A DNA stretch of 64,000 nt from Macrostomum lignano (taxonomy: Eukaryota). This document shows positions 12,094-23,487 of this stretch, piece after piece. Numbering within the stretch: position 1 is the stretch's first letter; each line of letters opens with the position of its first letter. The translations under genes were made by a program, and so were the position numbers. The notes beneath the pieces are model-generated. The model was not told the DNA's origin. It searched no databases and was given only the letters and a program-made list of their open reading frames with translations. The stretch lies in NCBI GenBank assembly GCA_002269645.1, contig NIVC01002546.1, forward strand, positions 5,794 to 69,793. The letters run 5' to 3'.

Positions 12094-15000
12094 ATGGATC
12101 TTGCGGCTGGTTCAAGTAGGCGCTCTTCGAATAGAGTAGTGAAACCAGTGCAACGATTGGCAAATTCTGCTGCGTCATTTTATGATTCGAAGTACCTACT
12201 ATTCTTCATTCGAAAGACAAGAACTTATCATAACTTTTCCCGTGGCAGTCTTGCACTTAGCCATAATGAGCCTGATGTGAAATTCATTTTTGTAAGTAAT
12301 TTTTTGCTTACTTACTAGGCCCAGGCCTAATCCTAGTAATTGTTACAAATGCTATTGCATATTGTATACAAAATTCTGCAGGATTTGAAAAAATAAATAA
12401 ATTGCTTGAGTGCATATGGCTTAAAATGAATGTAGTTTTGTGTGCCTAACTATCAAATATCTATTAACTCCTACAAATATATTTATTAGGGCCTAAAGTT
12501 AAATGAAGCTAAATAGTTTTTTATATTGTTTTACTAGTAGGCTGGGCTTCTATAGCCATATGCCTAGTTTAGGCCATGTAGGGAGTAGGCCCTGATGCCC
12601 AACTATAGAACTAGTTAGGTATTTTTTAGTGAATTAGGCTTATTCTAAGATTTCATCTTTTTATAGTTTTAGTAATACTAGGCCAAGGCTGTTTAATTTG
12701 CAAAAGACTACTTTTTAGTGCTTGAAATAGGCTGTTTAGTTGCTATCAATGTTAGAGTATGATTAGCTAACTCATGCATAAAGAACTATGGTTGGTTTGG
12801 CTAGCTTTCCTTTCTTTTCTATATGTTCTCTATTCTAAGTATAGAGAGAATATATTGGGCTGTTAGGAAAATTCTGTCCGTTTTGACTAAAATATGTTGG
12901 AGCGAGTTTTTATAGGAATGCAGCAGTGTTACTCAGTAAAATAATTGCCATCGCAATCGATGACCCTCTGCCAACGAGAGGGCAGACTTTGGATGCCAGC
13001 TCTGTAGAAATCCTTGGGCTGTGATTCAAAAAAGTTAGTAATGCAGTCCTTGACCCCTTTGTCATCTTCAAACGTTTTCTCTTTCAGATGATGGTGCAGC
13101 GCTCGAAAAAGATGGTAGTCTGTAGGGGCCAGATCGGGGCTGTACGGTGGGTGGGGCAGCACTTCCCAGCCCAGATCCAGCAGCTTTTGTCGGGTCAAAT
13201 TGGCGGTGTGCGGCCGAGCGTTGTCATGAAGGAAGCGAACATGCTGACGCCCTGGACGCTGTGTGTGGAGGCAGTCGGCCACATTCTGCAGCTGGTTACA
13301 GTAGAGCTCGGCGGTGATGCTGGTGTTGGGCGGCAGCAGCTCGAAGTATACAACTCCTTCACTGTCCTACCAACAGCAGAGCATCACCTTCTTAGGGTGC
13401 AGTGGGGCCTTTGGCTCTGGCTGTGGCGGTTTGCCGGCATCAACCCACTGGCGCTTGCAGTGTATATTAACGTACATCACCCACTTCTCATCGCCAGTGA
13501 GTATTGAGGCCAGCCAGTCTGTTGTTCTCTTGTAGGAGAGCAGTGAGGTGCAAATGTCTGCTCGGCTTTGACGGTCCCTGTCAGTCAGGTCATGGGGGGT
13601 CCACTGTCCGAGCTTGCTTTTCTTGCCCATGGCAGCCAGGTGTTCAGCGACTTGCACATGGGAGCACCCAAGAGTGGCTGCCAGCTCTCGTGTAGTCTGG
13701 TGCGGATTGGCCTCCACAAGTGTCCGCAGCAGCTCAGTGTCTATCTCAGATGGGCGTCCAGGGCGAGGTTCGTCAGCAAGGCTGTAGTCGCCGCTGCGAA
13801 AGCGATCAAACCAACGACGGGCTGTGCGGTCAGAGACAGCATCCTGGCCAAATGCACTGCACAGGCGTCGAGTCGATTCGGCTGCTGTAATACCTGCTAG
13901 AAAATCATATAGCATGCACTGCCTTAGAGCGATGCTGTTTAATTCAAAATTTCTGGCCATAATTGGGCGCTGAAAAGCAAATGACTTGGTTAGAATGACC
14001 ACAACTCTGGCTGTATATGCATACACAAGTATTGGATCCAACACAGCTTCATGATCCTCTGCATAGAAAAATAAAAAACGGACAGAACTTTCCTAACAAC
14101 CCAATAGAATTTTGGCCATTTTTAAATGTCTTATTGTCTATTTTTTTAATATATATTTTGTATAATGTATTCATTTTCAAACTTGACTGCCTTCATTGAT
14201 TTTTATAACATTTTATATAGTGGTCTCAGTATGTTTATATATCTATTTATCTATGAGCTATTTTATTCCTATGCTAAGCCTAAGGTGTTCAATTCATAGG
14301 AAGGTCTATTTGCTGATAAGGTAGGCCCTATATTCTATCCAATAGCAAGTTTACTATTTGAACTATTGTCCAGTGCTTTAGTTTTCTATTTTAATATTTC
14401 TTATACTTTTAGTTTTCCTAGTATTTTAATAGGCTATATTTGCCAACTCTATTAAGCTATCTAAAGTTTTATTTTAGTTAAGTTTGTCTATTTTTCCAAT
14501 GGATTTATTCTCTTTAGCTTGTCTATCTTTCTAAAGGACTCTTTTGTTTAGTTTGTCTAACTTTCTAATAGGCTATATCTATTTTGTTAACTATTCTAAA
14601 AAGAATTTTCTATTTAGTTTGTTTATAATTCTTAATTAAAAAATTAATTTGGTCTAATATTAGCTCAAAATCTAATAATGAATCACATTTTTATTTTAGG
14701 GTGAGGACTACCCACTTGCTCTCAAGGATGGCATTTTCAATGGCATGTTCATTGCAGCTGAACCATGGTCAAAAATGATCTACCTTGAGAAGGAGCTTGA
14801 TGCATTCATAACTGAAAACAAGGAGAACTCCGAGCTCTCTGATCATGTCCAGTCTCATATGAAAGTCTTCATGAGACAACAAGAAGACTCAAGTGATGAA
14901 GATGCAGGTGATATTGACGATTCGGATGATGATGAGACCTGGCAGCCTACTCCGCCTCCTACTCAGGTTTCTTTTGTAAGCCCAAGTCCAGTTTCGACAC

Positions 15001-16243
15001 CTACAGCTGCTCATTCTCGTGCTAGGAAGCAATCTCAAGGCAGTCTAGCAAACAAGCGGCCAAGGACAGCTGGTACTCATGTTGAAGACAGACACCAAAA
15101 TTCTGAGGCATCATTGGCTTTAATTGCAAGTGAGGAACAGCGTGCCTTACCACCGGAACTACTTCCTCAAGTTCTTCAGGCTCATGAATCAGCAAAGGCA
15201 GCAAGTGCAAACGATCCCACAAATTCCAAGCCTCTCACACTGGCTGAATTTCAGGAAGGAATGGGTAAGGTTTAATTATTTCTTTCTTGTGCTTTTGTTT
15301 TTATGCTTTATTCTCATTATCTCAGTGTAATACAACTTTTTTACTCACAAATCCTGCATTTCGTGCTGCTTATGTAATCACTATCAGTATAGTACAAATG
15401 TGAAACACCAAATGTTTCAGACAGTTTGAAGCGGTTCATCGCTCACAAACTGAGGAAGATTCGCACTTCATCATCCAGCTTGCATCAAATGGTATCAGCT
15501 GATTTCCTTAAGGAGGTAGGTTTCTCAGTTTCTGTGCAAATTAATTTACTTTCTTTACTAACCATTTACTATAAAATTATTATATGCTTTACTTTGCCAT
15601 TTTACTTTACTGTTTTTCTTATTTTTCGCTCTTCTTCATGTGGCTTGACGTTTTCACATTTCACTGACATTTATCATGACATAATCCAAACAATCGGTCC
15701 TGAGTACCAATTTTCTTTGTACTTTTTCGTAGGAATTTGAAGGCCACGATGGGCGAGTTTGCAATTTCTCAGATCTGCCTCGTACAACGACGTCGAAGTT
15801 CATCAGGGCATATGCTTCTGCGAGGTATGGCGTCGAGTATGTGCAATCGCATGTTTTCGGAGAGTACAAAGGCACGACACAAAGGCCAAAGGCTCCAGGA
15901 GAAGTGCAAGACCATCTTAAGAGTAAGCGATACAATTTCTTTGCAACTGAATGTTTTTTGGCAACTGACTTAGTATTGTGGGCATTAGATGGATGCAGGT
16001 CATTCTATATAGTCTTTTAAAGCTAAAAATTCAAACTGGCTCACTGTAGCCATTCCATTGTTGGAAAATGTTTGTGTGAATTTGCTGCTACTATAAAATC
16101 TTTCTTAAAAAAAACTAGGCATTCTGAACAAGGCCTTCAATATCCCGAGGGATCAAACGGTTTCTGCGTGGACAGCCGTCAAAGACTCTCTGAATCGACT
16201 TGGTCCAGAGTCAACCTTCCGCAAGCGAAAGGCCGGTGATTAG
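12094..16243 (+). CDS. EnSpm accessory gene, 5 exons (12094-12291, 14700-15264, 15421-15515, 15733-15922, 16119-16243), 390 aa, acidic linker and BEN-like C-terminus
   Basis: All junctions are GT-AG with matching phases (0,1,0,1); 1173 nt open from ATG to TAG. C-terminus KFIRAYASARYGVEYVQSHVFG..RPKAPGEVQDHLKSILNKAF..AWTAVKDSLNR resembles the BEN-domain pattern (inference). Confidence 0.75.
12855..14104 (-). mobile_element. Mariner (DD34D) element, 1250 bp, nested in intron 1 of the EnSpm accessory gene
   Basis: 30-bp TIR TTGGG(C/T)TGTTAGGAAA(A/G)TTCTGTCCGTTTT with 2 mismatches; TA TSD at 12853-12854 and 14105-14106. Confidence 0.95.
12929..13960 (-). pseudogene. Mariner transposase (343 codons) with one in-frame nonsense codon
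   Basis: Motifs W.PH.L, TGDEKW, HDNARPH, YSPDLAPTDYHLF. ORFs 13367-14044 and 12929-13282 are the same frame, separated by TAG at 13367-13369 where VMLC.WWD needs TGG. Confidence 0.92.
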
Positions 16244-16703
16244 ACTGACGGCTAAACGTGTGTCGCAATATTTTAACTGAAGATGCAATCACCCAACTGC
16301 CATTCGACATGTAACAAACTATAACGTTTTTGAACTGAATCGATCCCTATTTTACGTTATCTGCGCTAAAGTCAAACTCTTACTCTGTAGTGTTTTTTTA
16401 ATATAAAATGAAGCGACTACCTTAATTATTTTTTTAGAATAATAACTGTTGCGTTTGAAAAGTGTTGGCACTCTTTGTATGGGTAGTTAGGATACCCTTA
16501 ATGATTTCCGTAGTCGTTCAAAATGTATATATGTGGAAGAATCTAAACTCCTTCAACTTTAACGCCACCGAGCTAATTTATTCCACTTCATTTCATATTT
16601 ATCGATAGATGATGGTGCACATTCTTATTTCGATGGCACGGGTACGTAATTTTCTCCAAACTTTTCAGTCTATCCTAACACTCGTAGAACTGAAGTTGAA
16701 ATT

Positions 16704-19100
16704 ATGAGTTCGTCGTCGGAAAGTCTGTCCTCTGGGTCGTCGGAAAGTCTGTCCTCTGGGTCGTCGGAAAGTCTGTCCTCTGGGTCGTCATATGTCTCGA
16801 TGTCGGTTGATTCAAGTACACATTCGATTGACACATCCATGGGTGAATACAGCGATTCGAGCTCTTCCGCTGCAATTCAAGCAAACGTCGGCGAGCAACC
16901 GACTATTGCAATTCCTGCTGATGACGAGAATGAAGTGCAGGCAGCTGGTCCATCTGATATCGAGCACCCTGAAATATTTTCTGCGGATGAGGATAGTAAC
17001 CTTCTTTCTGTCTTTTGTATCCAAGGTATCTCTATGGAGGTCAAATGTGCCCTTCTAATGTTGTGGATGATCTTGTCGAACGTTTCCAAGAAAGCTGTTA
17101 AAAACATGCTTCGCCTCATTTCCATTCTGTCTCCTCGCGCTGCTTTACCTACATCTTACAAAGCAATGGAAGCGGTTCTGCTTCGTTCATTCATTTTAAA
17201 ACCGGACTTCGTTGTGAAAGTTTGTTTAGCGTGTCTACTTATAAACTGTAGTGAACATCCAGTCGACTCTTTCGAGGGACTATGGCTCTTAAATGTAAAC
17301 CATCAGGTGGAGCTTACAGTTGAAAGGCATTTAAATGATATTTTATCTTACCAGCGTGAGCTAAGGCGAGGATTTCAAACTGACATTCTGAACTCTGCTG
17401 TTAGCAATGAACTAGAAACCGGCTCATCTCCTGACATTTTTCACTTGTATTTTCTTCTTTCGGCTGACGGAGCAAACTTCTTTAAAGTTTCTGAAATGTC
17501 TGTGTGGCCTTTCTGTGCACTGTGCCTCAATTTGCCTGTTAGATTACGCCAGAAGTTTGTCAACATTATCACAATCGCTTTGTTTACCAATCGAGGAAAG
17601 CCGAATTTTGAAAAGTTTTTGCCTACTATTTTAAATCGCTTGCCTTCGTGTGTAAAAGTAAGGAATGTGACGTTTTTTCTTCACTTCTCGTTTTTTACCT
17701 GCGATTTGCCCGCTTTATCTCACCTTTTTGGAATCAAGCAATTCAACGGACAATTTGCTTGTCCCAGATGCATCCTACCTGGCAAGTCTCTAAAGGTGTC
17801 AGAAAAAGGCCAAGTTCGTGTCTTCCCCGCTGTCCATGGAATTCCGCTTCGAACTAATGCCATGCATGCGCAGCATCTCACAGTTCTCAAGGCTCAAGGG
17901 CTTAAGGATTATTTTGGAATCAAACGCGAAACTGCTCTTCTCAAAATCATTCGTTTTCCAGAAAATTTCATTGTTGATTCTATGCATTGTCTCTGGGAAG
18001 GTCAAGTAAAACACATTCTAGCCTTCTTGACTGATTCTAAGACTAAAAGCTGCAATCCCAATCATTACCGTGTGCTAGGCTCAGCATCTGTCAATGTAAT
18101 CGACTCTCAGATTATGCAACTGAAACTTCCCCAAGGTATTAGCAATGTTCCTCCAATTAGTCAGCTCTCACTTTGGAAAGCGAAAACATACAAGATTTTT
18201 GCTCTGTATCTGTTTCCATCAATTCTGCTTCCACGAATCGAAAATCCCGAACTTAGGGGCCTGCTCCTTCTTCTTAATTCTATTTATAACTTGCTGTACT
18301 CGCAAAATTCTTGTGTTTCAACTTTAAAACGTCTGTGCAATATGTTTCTTAACCTGTGTCCTGAGTTTTTTGGCGAACGTGTTATGCTTCTTAATTTTCA
18401 TCTTCTCTATCATCTACCCGACCAGTATGAACGATTTGGTCCTCTGTATTGTGCATCAATGTTTCCCTTTGAGTCAGCTATGCATGGCTTTAATATGCTT
18501 CATTTTGGCAGTCGATTTCATGGAAAGCAAATTTCCGAAAAGTTTTTCTGGCTAAAAGTGCTATTGTATTCACTGCAACCTGCTGCAGGCTCCAATCCCT
18601 CAATTTCTGATGCACTCCTTGTCATCGCTAAGCACTACTGCAATCCTCCTGAGCGCGAAAATCGAACTCTAGGCGCTTCTGGGGGTAAAATTTTAACAAC
18701 CACTTCTGCGGATTGCACTTTAAAAACATGTAGTTCGTATGTCCTGGATGTATCAAATTCATATTTTGCTATTAATCATTTTGCCGATAGCAAAATCTTT
18801 GGCTCTTTTCTGACTCCACAATGTCGTTTAATCGACTTACTGTTCAATGCTGTTCCGGATTTTACCAATATTGGTGCTAGTGCATCTGAACAAGCAATCT
18901 TTCTTGCTTTTTTTACATCTGATGTTCCACTCCGAAATATGCTTATCTTTACGAGTCAGGAACCCACTCGGGAAAATTACAATTGCATACGTCTCACTGA
19001 TGTGGCTGCGAGGTGCATTCGAGTCGATGTCAACTTTCCGAACTTGCCATCAGGCAGTTTTTGTCTGGTACCCCTGTTGGAAGAGTGTGAGCACGATTAG
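16704..19100 (+). CDS. CACTA/EnSpm transposase (TnpD-like), 798 aa, intronless and intact
   Basis: SADG..F..S.WP..L..NLP, TCDLPA, NG..ACPRC, DSMH and NFH.L.HL..Q..RFGPL...SMFPFE motifs typical of CMC DDE transposases; N-terminal 24-bp x3 repeat (SSESLSSG). Confidence 0.9.
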   Translation: MSSSSESLSSGSSESLSSGSSESLSSGSSYVSMSVDSSTHSIDTSMGEYSDSSSSAAIQANVGEQPTIAIPADDENEVQAAGPSDIEHPEIFSADEDSNLLSVFCIQGISMEVKCALLMLWMILSNVSKKAVKNMLRLISILSPRAALPTSYKAMEAVLLRSFILKPDFVVKVCLACLLINCSEHPVDSFEGLWLLNVNHQVELTVERHLNDILSYQRELRRGFQTDILNSAVSNELETGSSPDIFHLYFLLSADGANFFKVSEMSVWPFCALCLNLPVRLRQKFVNIITIALFTNRGKPNFEKFLPTILNRLPSCVKVRNVTFFLHFSFFTCDLPALSHLFGIKQFNGQFACPRCILPGKSLKVSEKGQVRVFPAVHGIPLRTNAMHAQHLTVLKAQGLKDYFGIKRETALLKIIRFPENFIVDSMHCLWEGQVKHILAFLTDSKTKSCNPNHYRVLGSASVNVIDSQIMQLKLPQGISNVPPISQLSLWKAKTYKIFALYLFPSILLPRIENPELRGLLLLLNSIYNLLYSQNSCVSTLKRLCNMFLNLCPEFFGERVMLLNFHLLYHLPDQYERFGPLYCASMFPFESAMHGFNMLHFGSRFHGKQISEKFFWLKVLLYSLQPAAGSNPSISDALLVIAKHYCNPPERENRTLGASGGKILTTTSADCTLKTCSSYVLDVSNSYFAINHFADSKIFGSFLTPQCRLIDLLFNAVPDFTNIGASASEQAIFLAFFTSDVPLRNMLIFTSQEPTRENYNCIRLTDVAARCIRVDVNFPNLPSGSFCLVPLLEECEHD

Positions 19101-19122
19101 CTCAGATAACTTCAAACGCGCG

Positions 19123-19717
19123 TCAGTTTTTCAGGGTCATTGTCTTGTCTCGTTTTCTATTCTGTAAGTAGTCCTGGTTGTCAATGTAATCATTGCATGA
19201 AATTTTTTCTGGTACGTATTCCTGATTTATCTGCTGGGTAGCTATTGTTGTGTAGCTTTTGTCGATGTTAGCCAGCCGATGTGTGTGTGCTAGGCTTATT
19301 CTAAAAGCTCTATTGCTAGGACACAGGAAGAAAATATGACTGGGGAATTAGACGGGACCAAGAAAGAGACACTAACTGGCAAACTTTCGGCTAGCAAACG
19401 CCGGCTGGCTAACATCGTAGACCCAGTACCATCTAGTACTTGTACTTAAGCAAGCTTTGTTTCTTGTTAGTTTTTCTAAACTAAAAAGCCCTTTTTCACA
19501 AAACATGCGCGCCTAATGCTCAGCTATATTTATCCTACATGTTATGTTTTACGTTTTCTCTCATATGCCGTGCGCTTTGTTTAGATACACCTAATTCTTT
19601 GTCACATTTTTGCAGTTTTTTATGTTTAATTGCTTTTACGTAAAACTCCGGGGACACAAATTTTTTTTTTACATTTGGCTTCTTTGTTTGGTAATAAATA
19701 TTACATTTTCGGCTCAC
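19123..19717 (-). CDS. Putative small spliced ORF convergent with the transposase (exons ~19717-19539 and 19315-19123)
   Basis: Donor AT|GTAGGA at 19538; branch-like CTAAT and a long pyrimidine tract precede cctAG at 19316; phase-2 junction is in frame to TGA at 19123. The upstream part starts at GTG and the only in-frame ATG is near 19563. Confidence 0.4.
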
Positions 19718-20679
19718 TCACTTAGTTGAGACCTGTCTTATACATAAAACTAACCAATTGTGTTATTTTGAGTGTGTCTTATTGTGTGTACATCGCCCAT
19801 GGTTTGGTAAGACAAACCAGAATAGAACTAAGTACGGTTTTAATGAGCCGATTTAAACGAAGGTACGAAGTGCAATGTATTCATATATATACGAGTATAT
19901 ATGGCTCGCAAGATGACTAAAAATGCATTATTTCTAATTAATTGCAACCACATTATAAATGCATTTTATATATATAGAATTTGCATTATAATGGCAATTA
20001 TAATGCCATTAAGTGGCAATTATAATGCCATTAAGTGGCATTCAATGTCATTATAATGGCCAGTAAAAATGCATTATTTACCCATTATGGGTCCCTAGGG
20101 GGGGATTCTTGCGGTGGCGAGTCTATGGGGTAGCTACATGTACTATTACATTGCTAAATACGAAGATATGTACTTTTGGCCTTCAACGCGCCAACTAGCC
20201 TCTCATAGCGCTGATGATAGACTAACTCGAACTTCAGAGACCGCATGATTCATTTACCCGAGCCGCTTGGCTACCCTAGAGTGCACAAAGTACATCTCTG
20301 GCGCCGATTCTGCACTTTTGGCAGTTTTGCTCACTGATTTGATAGATTGGTCGACTGAGAACTGCCTTGCCATTGGTCCACTGTGACCGGCGCCTACTAG
20401 CTTAGCTACTTATCTGAGCCATCGGCGAACAAAGAAATAAAAATAGACAGTAAATAGATAATAATAAAAATAGAAAGAAATAGACAAATCGTTGTCACGG
20501 GCTGCGACGACTGCTGATTCTTTGCATTGTTATGCTGCTTGACGATCCTAAAAACAACGCATTGTTTGTATTTAATGTATTGTTCTGCATAAAAAATGTG
20601 AATAAATGATCGTCAAATTAATTGCAAATGATTGATTAGGAATTGCTAGACCAAGACACTTAATCATTGTCAATCTCTC

Positions 20680-20905
20680 AAACCACATACTCAACTATAC
20701 ATTGCCTCAGACTCATCAACTCGCTCTATCATCTATCTTATTGTTGCGCAGCCGCCTAGTGCATTCCTAATTAAATTAATACGGATTCAGCAAATACGCG
20801 CAGGTCCATCTCTATTAACTACCCAGACGGAATTGATAACAAACGAGCCTTAACTATCCAAACATACGGGTACATAAATAAGTAATAAATAATACATAAA
20901 TAAGA
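20680..20905 (+). mobile_element. Decayed 3' end of an L2/CR1-like LINE
   Basis: Remnant FSKYA-GPSL..N-LP resembles the L2 C-terminal AFS.AGP.LWN.LP motif; followed by a (TAAA)n-like tail at ~20873-20905. Confidence 0.35.
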
Positions 20906-21454
20906 ATTGCGGCCATTGCCGCATCATTCGTCAATATCATCGAGTGCTACCGCGCTACACAGTTTGCCTCCGTGTATTCGCCTTCGTCATTTGATCCTGA
21001 GTCTGCCATTTAATCGTCACACTTCTGAAAACTCTGAACCAATTCCAAAAGCAATTTATATCTATTCTATTTTTTCAGTTTTTTGCAACTGACACAGCTG
21101 GCTTGATTAAAAATTCGGGTGCTGGAGTTGACCGCGAAGTGAGCTTAAATTATAAATGATCTTTACGGTTTATTTTGTTTGCTAAAACAAAATAGTTTTA
21201 TTTTTAAGATACAAACGATTGAACTATAGAAATTGGTTTATATATTTTTTTAAAAACAAGTAGCTTAATAAAAATTTGTTAACACAAGTTATAAAATAAT
21301 TACGCTGTTGCTTTTAACTTGCAGCAATTTATATATTCGACACTGGCACTTGACGAATCACGAATGTAAATGTGCTTCTCTCTGGTCTGGTCTATGTTTA
21401 GGGTTTTAATCAATCAATAATCGAATCTTCTGTAGTCCGAATTCACTAGTTGAT

Positions 21455-23487
21455 ATGGCCATTCGGTATTCTCCAGTGGACGATGTTGTCAATAGTGGGG
21501 CACTAGGGCAGATGGATTCTCCTAATTTTACTTTTGTGTACGACTTTGAGAAATTGTCAACTGGTCTAGAGGAGGACTTTCGTGCGTGGACTGAGGTAAG
21601 ACGTTTACTTAACTTTTTTACTTCATTTTTGGCAGCTTTTAAATTTTAATGCTTTTGCATAATTAAATCACAATTCGCAATATTTCAATCTCTATGTAAC
21701 TAAATTTTAAACCTAAATTTATCTTTGTGCCAAATGTCAAAGTAATTAGCAAACTTAATAGTAAATGATTTTATGTTTTGGGTTTTATAGTTTAAAATAT
21801 TTTTATGTGATTTTGTCTAGTTTCGCCATTTTTTTCAAATGTATTTATATTTTAATTATAATTATATTAATACATGATGCAAACTATAGTAGTGCACTAG
21901 TCAAACAATGAATAGCTGGCCATCCACAACACATTGAAATTTTTGCTTCTAATAATTCTCTGTAGAGGTTGATTCTTTTTGTTAATTGAGTTTTTAAAAG
22001 TGTTTGCCCTTTATATTAAGTTTTTACTTTTGTGCAAAAAGTGTTACCATAAAAACAATAAACCAATTAAGTTTTTCAAAGTGTTAGATAGGTGCAAATT
22101 TGACCATAAGCTTAAGATTATTGAAGCTTGGTATATCACAATGCACAAGCCCAACTTAAATGCATAGCTATCTAGCAATGGGGTGGAATGTAAGCTCAGA
22201 CTATGAAGTATGCTATCTTTTTTTGCTCTTGTTCCATTTTGTACTTAGGCTCATTTTAAAATTTTACTGGACTTTTTTGACCTATCTTTGGACTTTTATG
22301 TTTCTGTTGGCATTTATTTTCTTACTACTGTGTATAAATTTTAATTATCATACTCATTTATTTGTTTTAGAGAAACTGGCACTACACAGTGTATATCTCG
22401 GCCATCTATGTTGCCATGGTGTTCTATGGCCAGCACTACATGAAGAATCGTCCACCATTCAACTTGCGACCAATGCTGGCTGCATGGAGCGGCATCTTGG
22501 CTATCTTTAGCATCATGGGAGCTTATCGGTATGGCATTGTCTCAACAGCTAATGCAGTAATTTATGCCAAAATTAGGCTCAATCAATTCGCAAAAAACCA
22601 TGATAATTTCCAGGACACTGCCTGAACTAATTCACACCTGGCAAAACTATTCGTTCCATCACACGATCTGCCATCCAAACTATTTCTATGGCGTCACAGG
22701 TTTCTGGTCAATCTGCTTTGTACTTAGCAAAGCCTACGAACTTGGCGACACAGCCTTTATTGTGCTGCGCAAGCAGAATTTAATGTTCTTGCACTGGTAC
22801 CATCACATCACCGTTCTCATGTACGTGTTCCAGAGCTACTCTGAGCACACGGCTCCTGGCAGGTGAGACTCTTTAATCTAACTAGTACGATTTAAATCGG
22901 GATGATTAGCATAAGTTTTGTTATGCAATTTCTCAGATGGTTCTTCGCTATGAACTACACTGTGCACGCGTTTATGTACTCCTACTATGCCCTGCGCGCG
23001 ATGCAATTCCGTCCGCCCCGTTGGACCAGCATGTGCATCACCAGCATGCAGATTGTGCAGATGATCATCGGCTGTCTGGTTTTTGCCTACGTGCAGTGGA
23101 CTAAGCGGGTAAGCATTTGGAGAGGTGTTTGGGGGGGGGGTGTTGTGATTTGATTGATTTGGTGATTTGTGGAGAAAGCCACAAGGACCGCTGTGCACCA
23201 TCGAACTCACCCAGGCCGGCCTGCCCTGCCAAGTGTCGGACGCGAACGCCCTATCTGGCAGCATCATGTACCTGTCTTACTTCCTGCTTTTCGCCAACTT
23301 CTTCTATCACTCTTATATGAAGCCGTCGGCTCGCAGGTCGACCGCCACCACCGCTGCTGCTGCTGGTAGTGGTGGAAGCGGTTCCAATTCAAGCGAGCAG
23401 CACACAAAACAGCCGGATGTAGCCGCTGTGCTGAAGTCGGTAGCCAGCATGGAACGCCACGGTTTTGTTGCTAAGAAGGAGAAATAA
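21455..23487 (+). CDS. ELOVL6: Fatty acid elongase, ELOVL3/6 class; exons 21455-21595, 22371-22528, 22614-22862, 22937-23108, 23215-23487
   Basis: [46 protein letters not shown] and [16 protein letters not shown] motifs; GT-AG junctions with consistent phases; C-terminal KKEK ER-retention-like end. Confidence 0.9.

Larger units (their letters stand above)
11418..20100 (+). mobile_element. Full-length CACTA/EnSpm (CMC) transposon, 8683 bp
   Basis: 35-bp TIR CCCTAGGGACCCA(A/T)AATGG..AAATAATGCATTTT (32/35 identical); GG 2-bp TSD (11416-11417, 20101-20102); subterminal AATGCATT-type repeats at both ends; encodes a CACTA transposase. Confidence 0.9.

Noticed and set aside
13367-13369. Programmed frameshift between the two mariner ORFs
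   Set aside because: Both ORFs are in the same frame; the break is a single TAG.
13088-13900. Plus-strand ORFs of 139 and 110 aa
   Set aside because: Antisense shadows of the mariner transposase.
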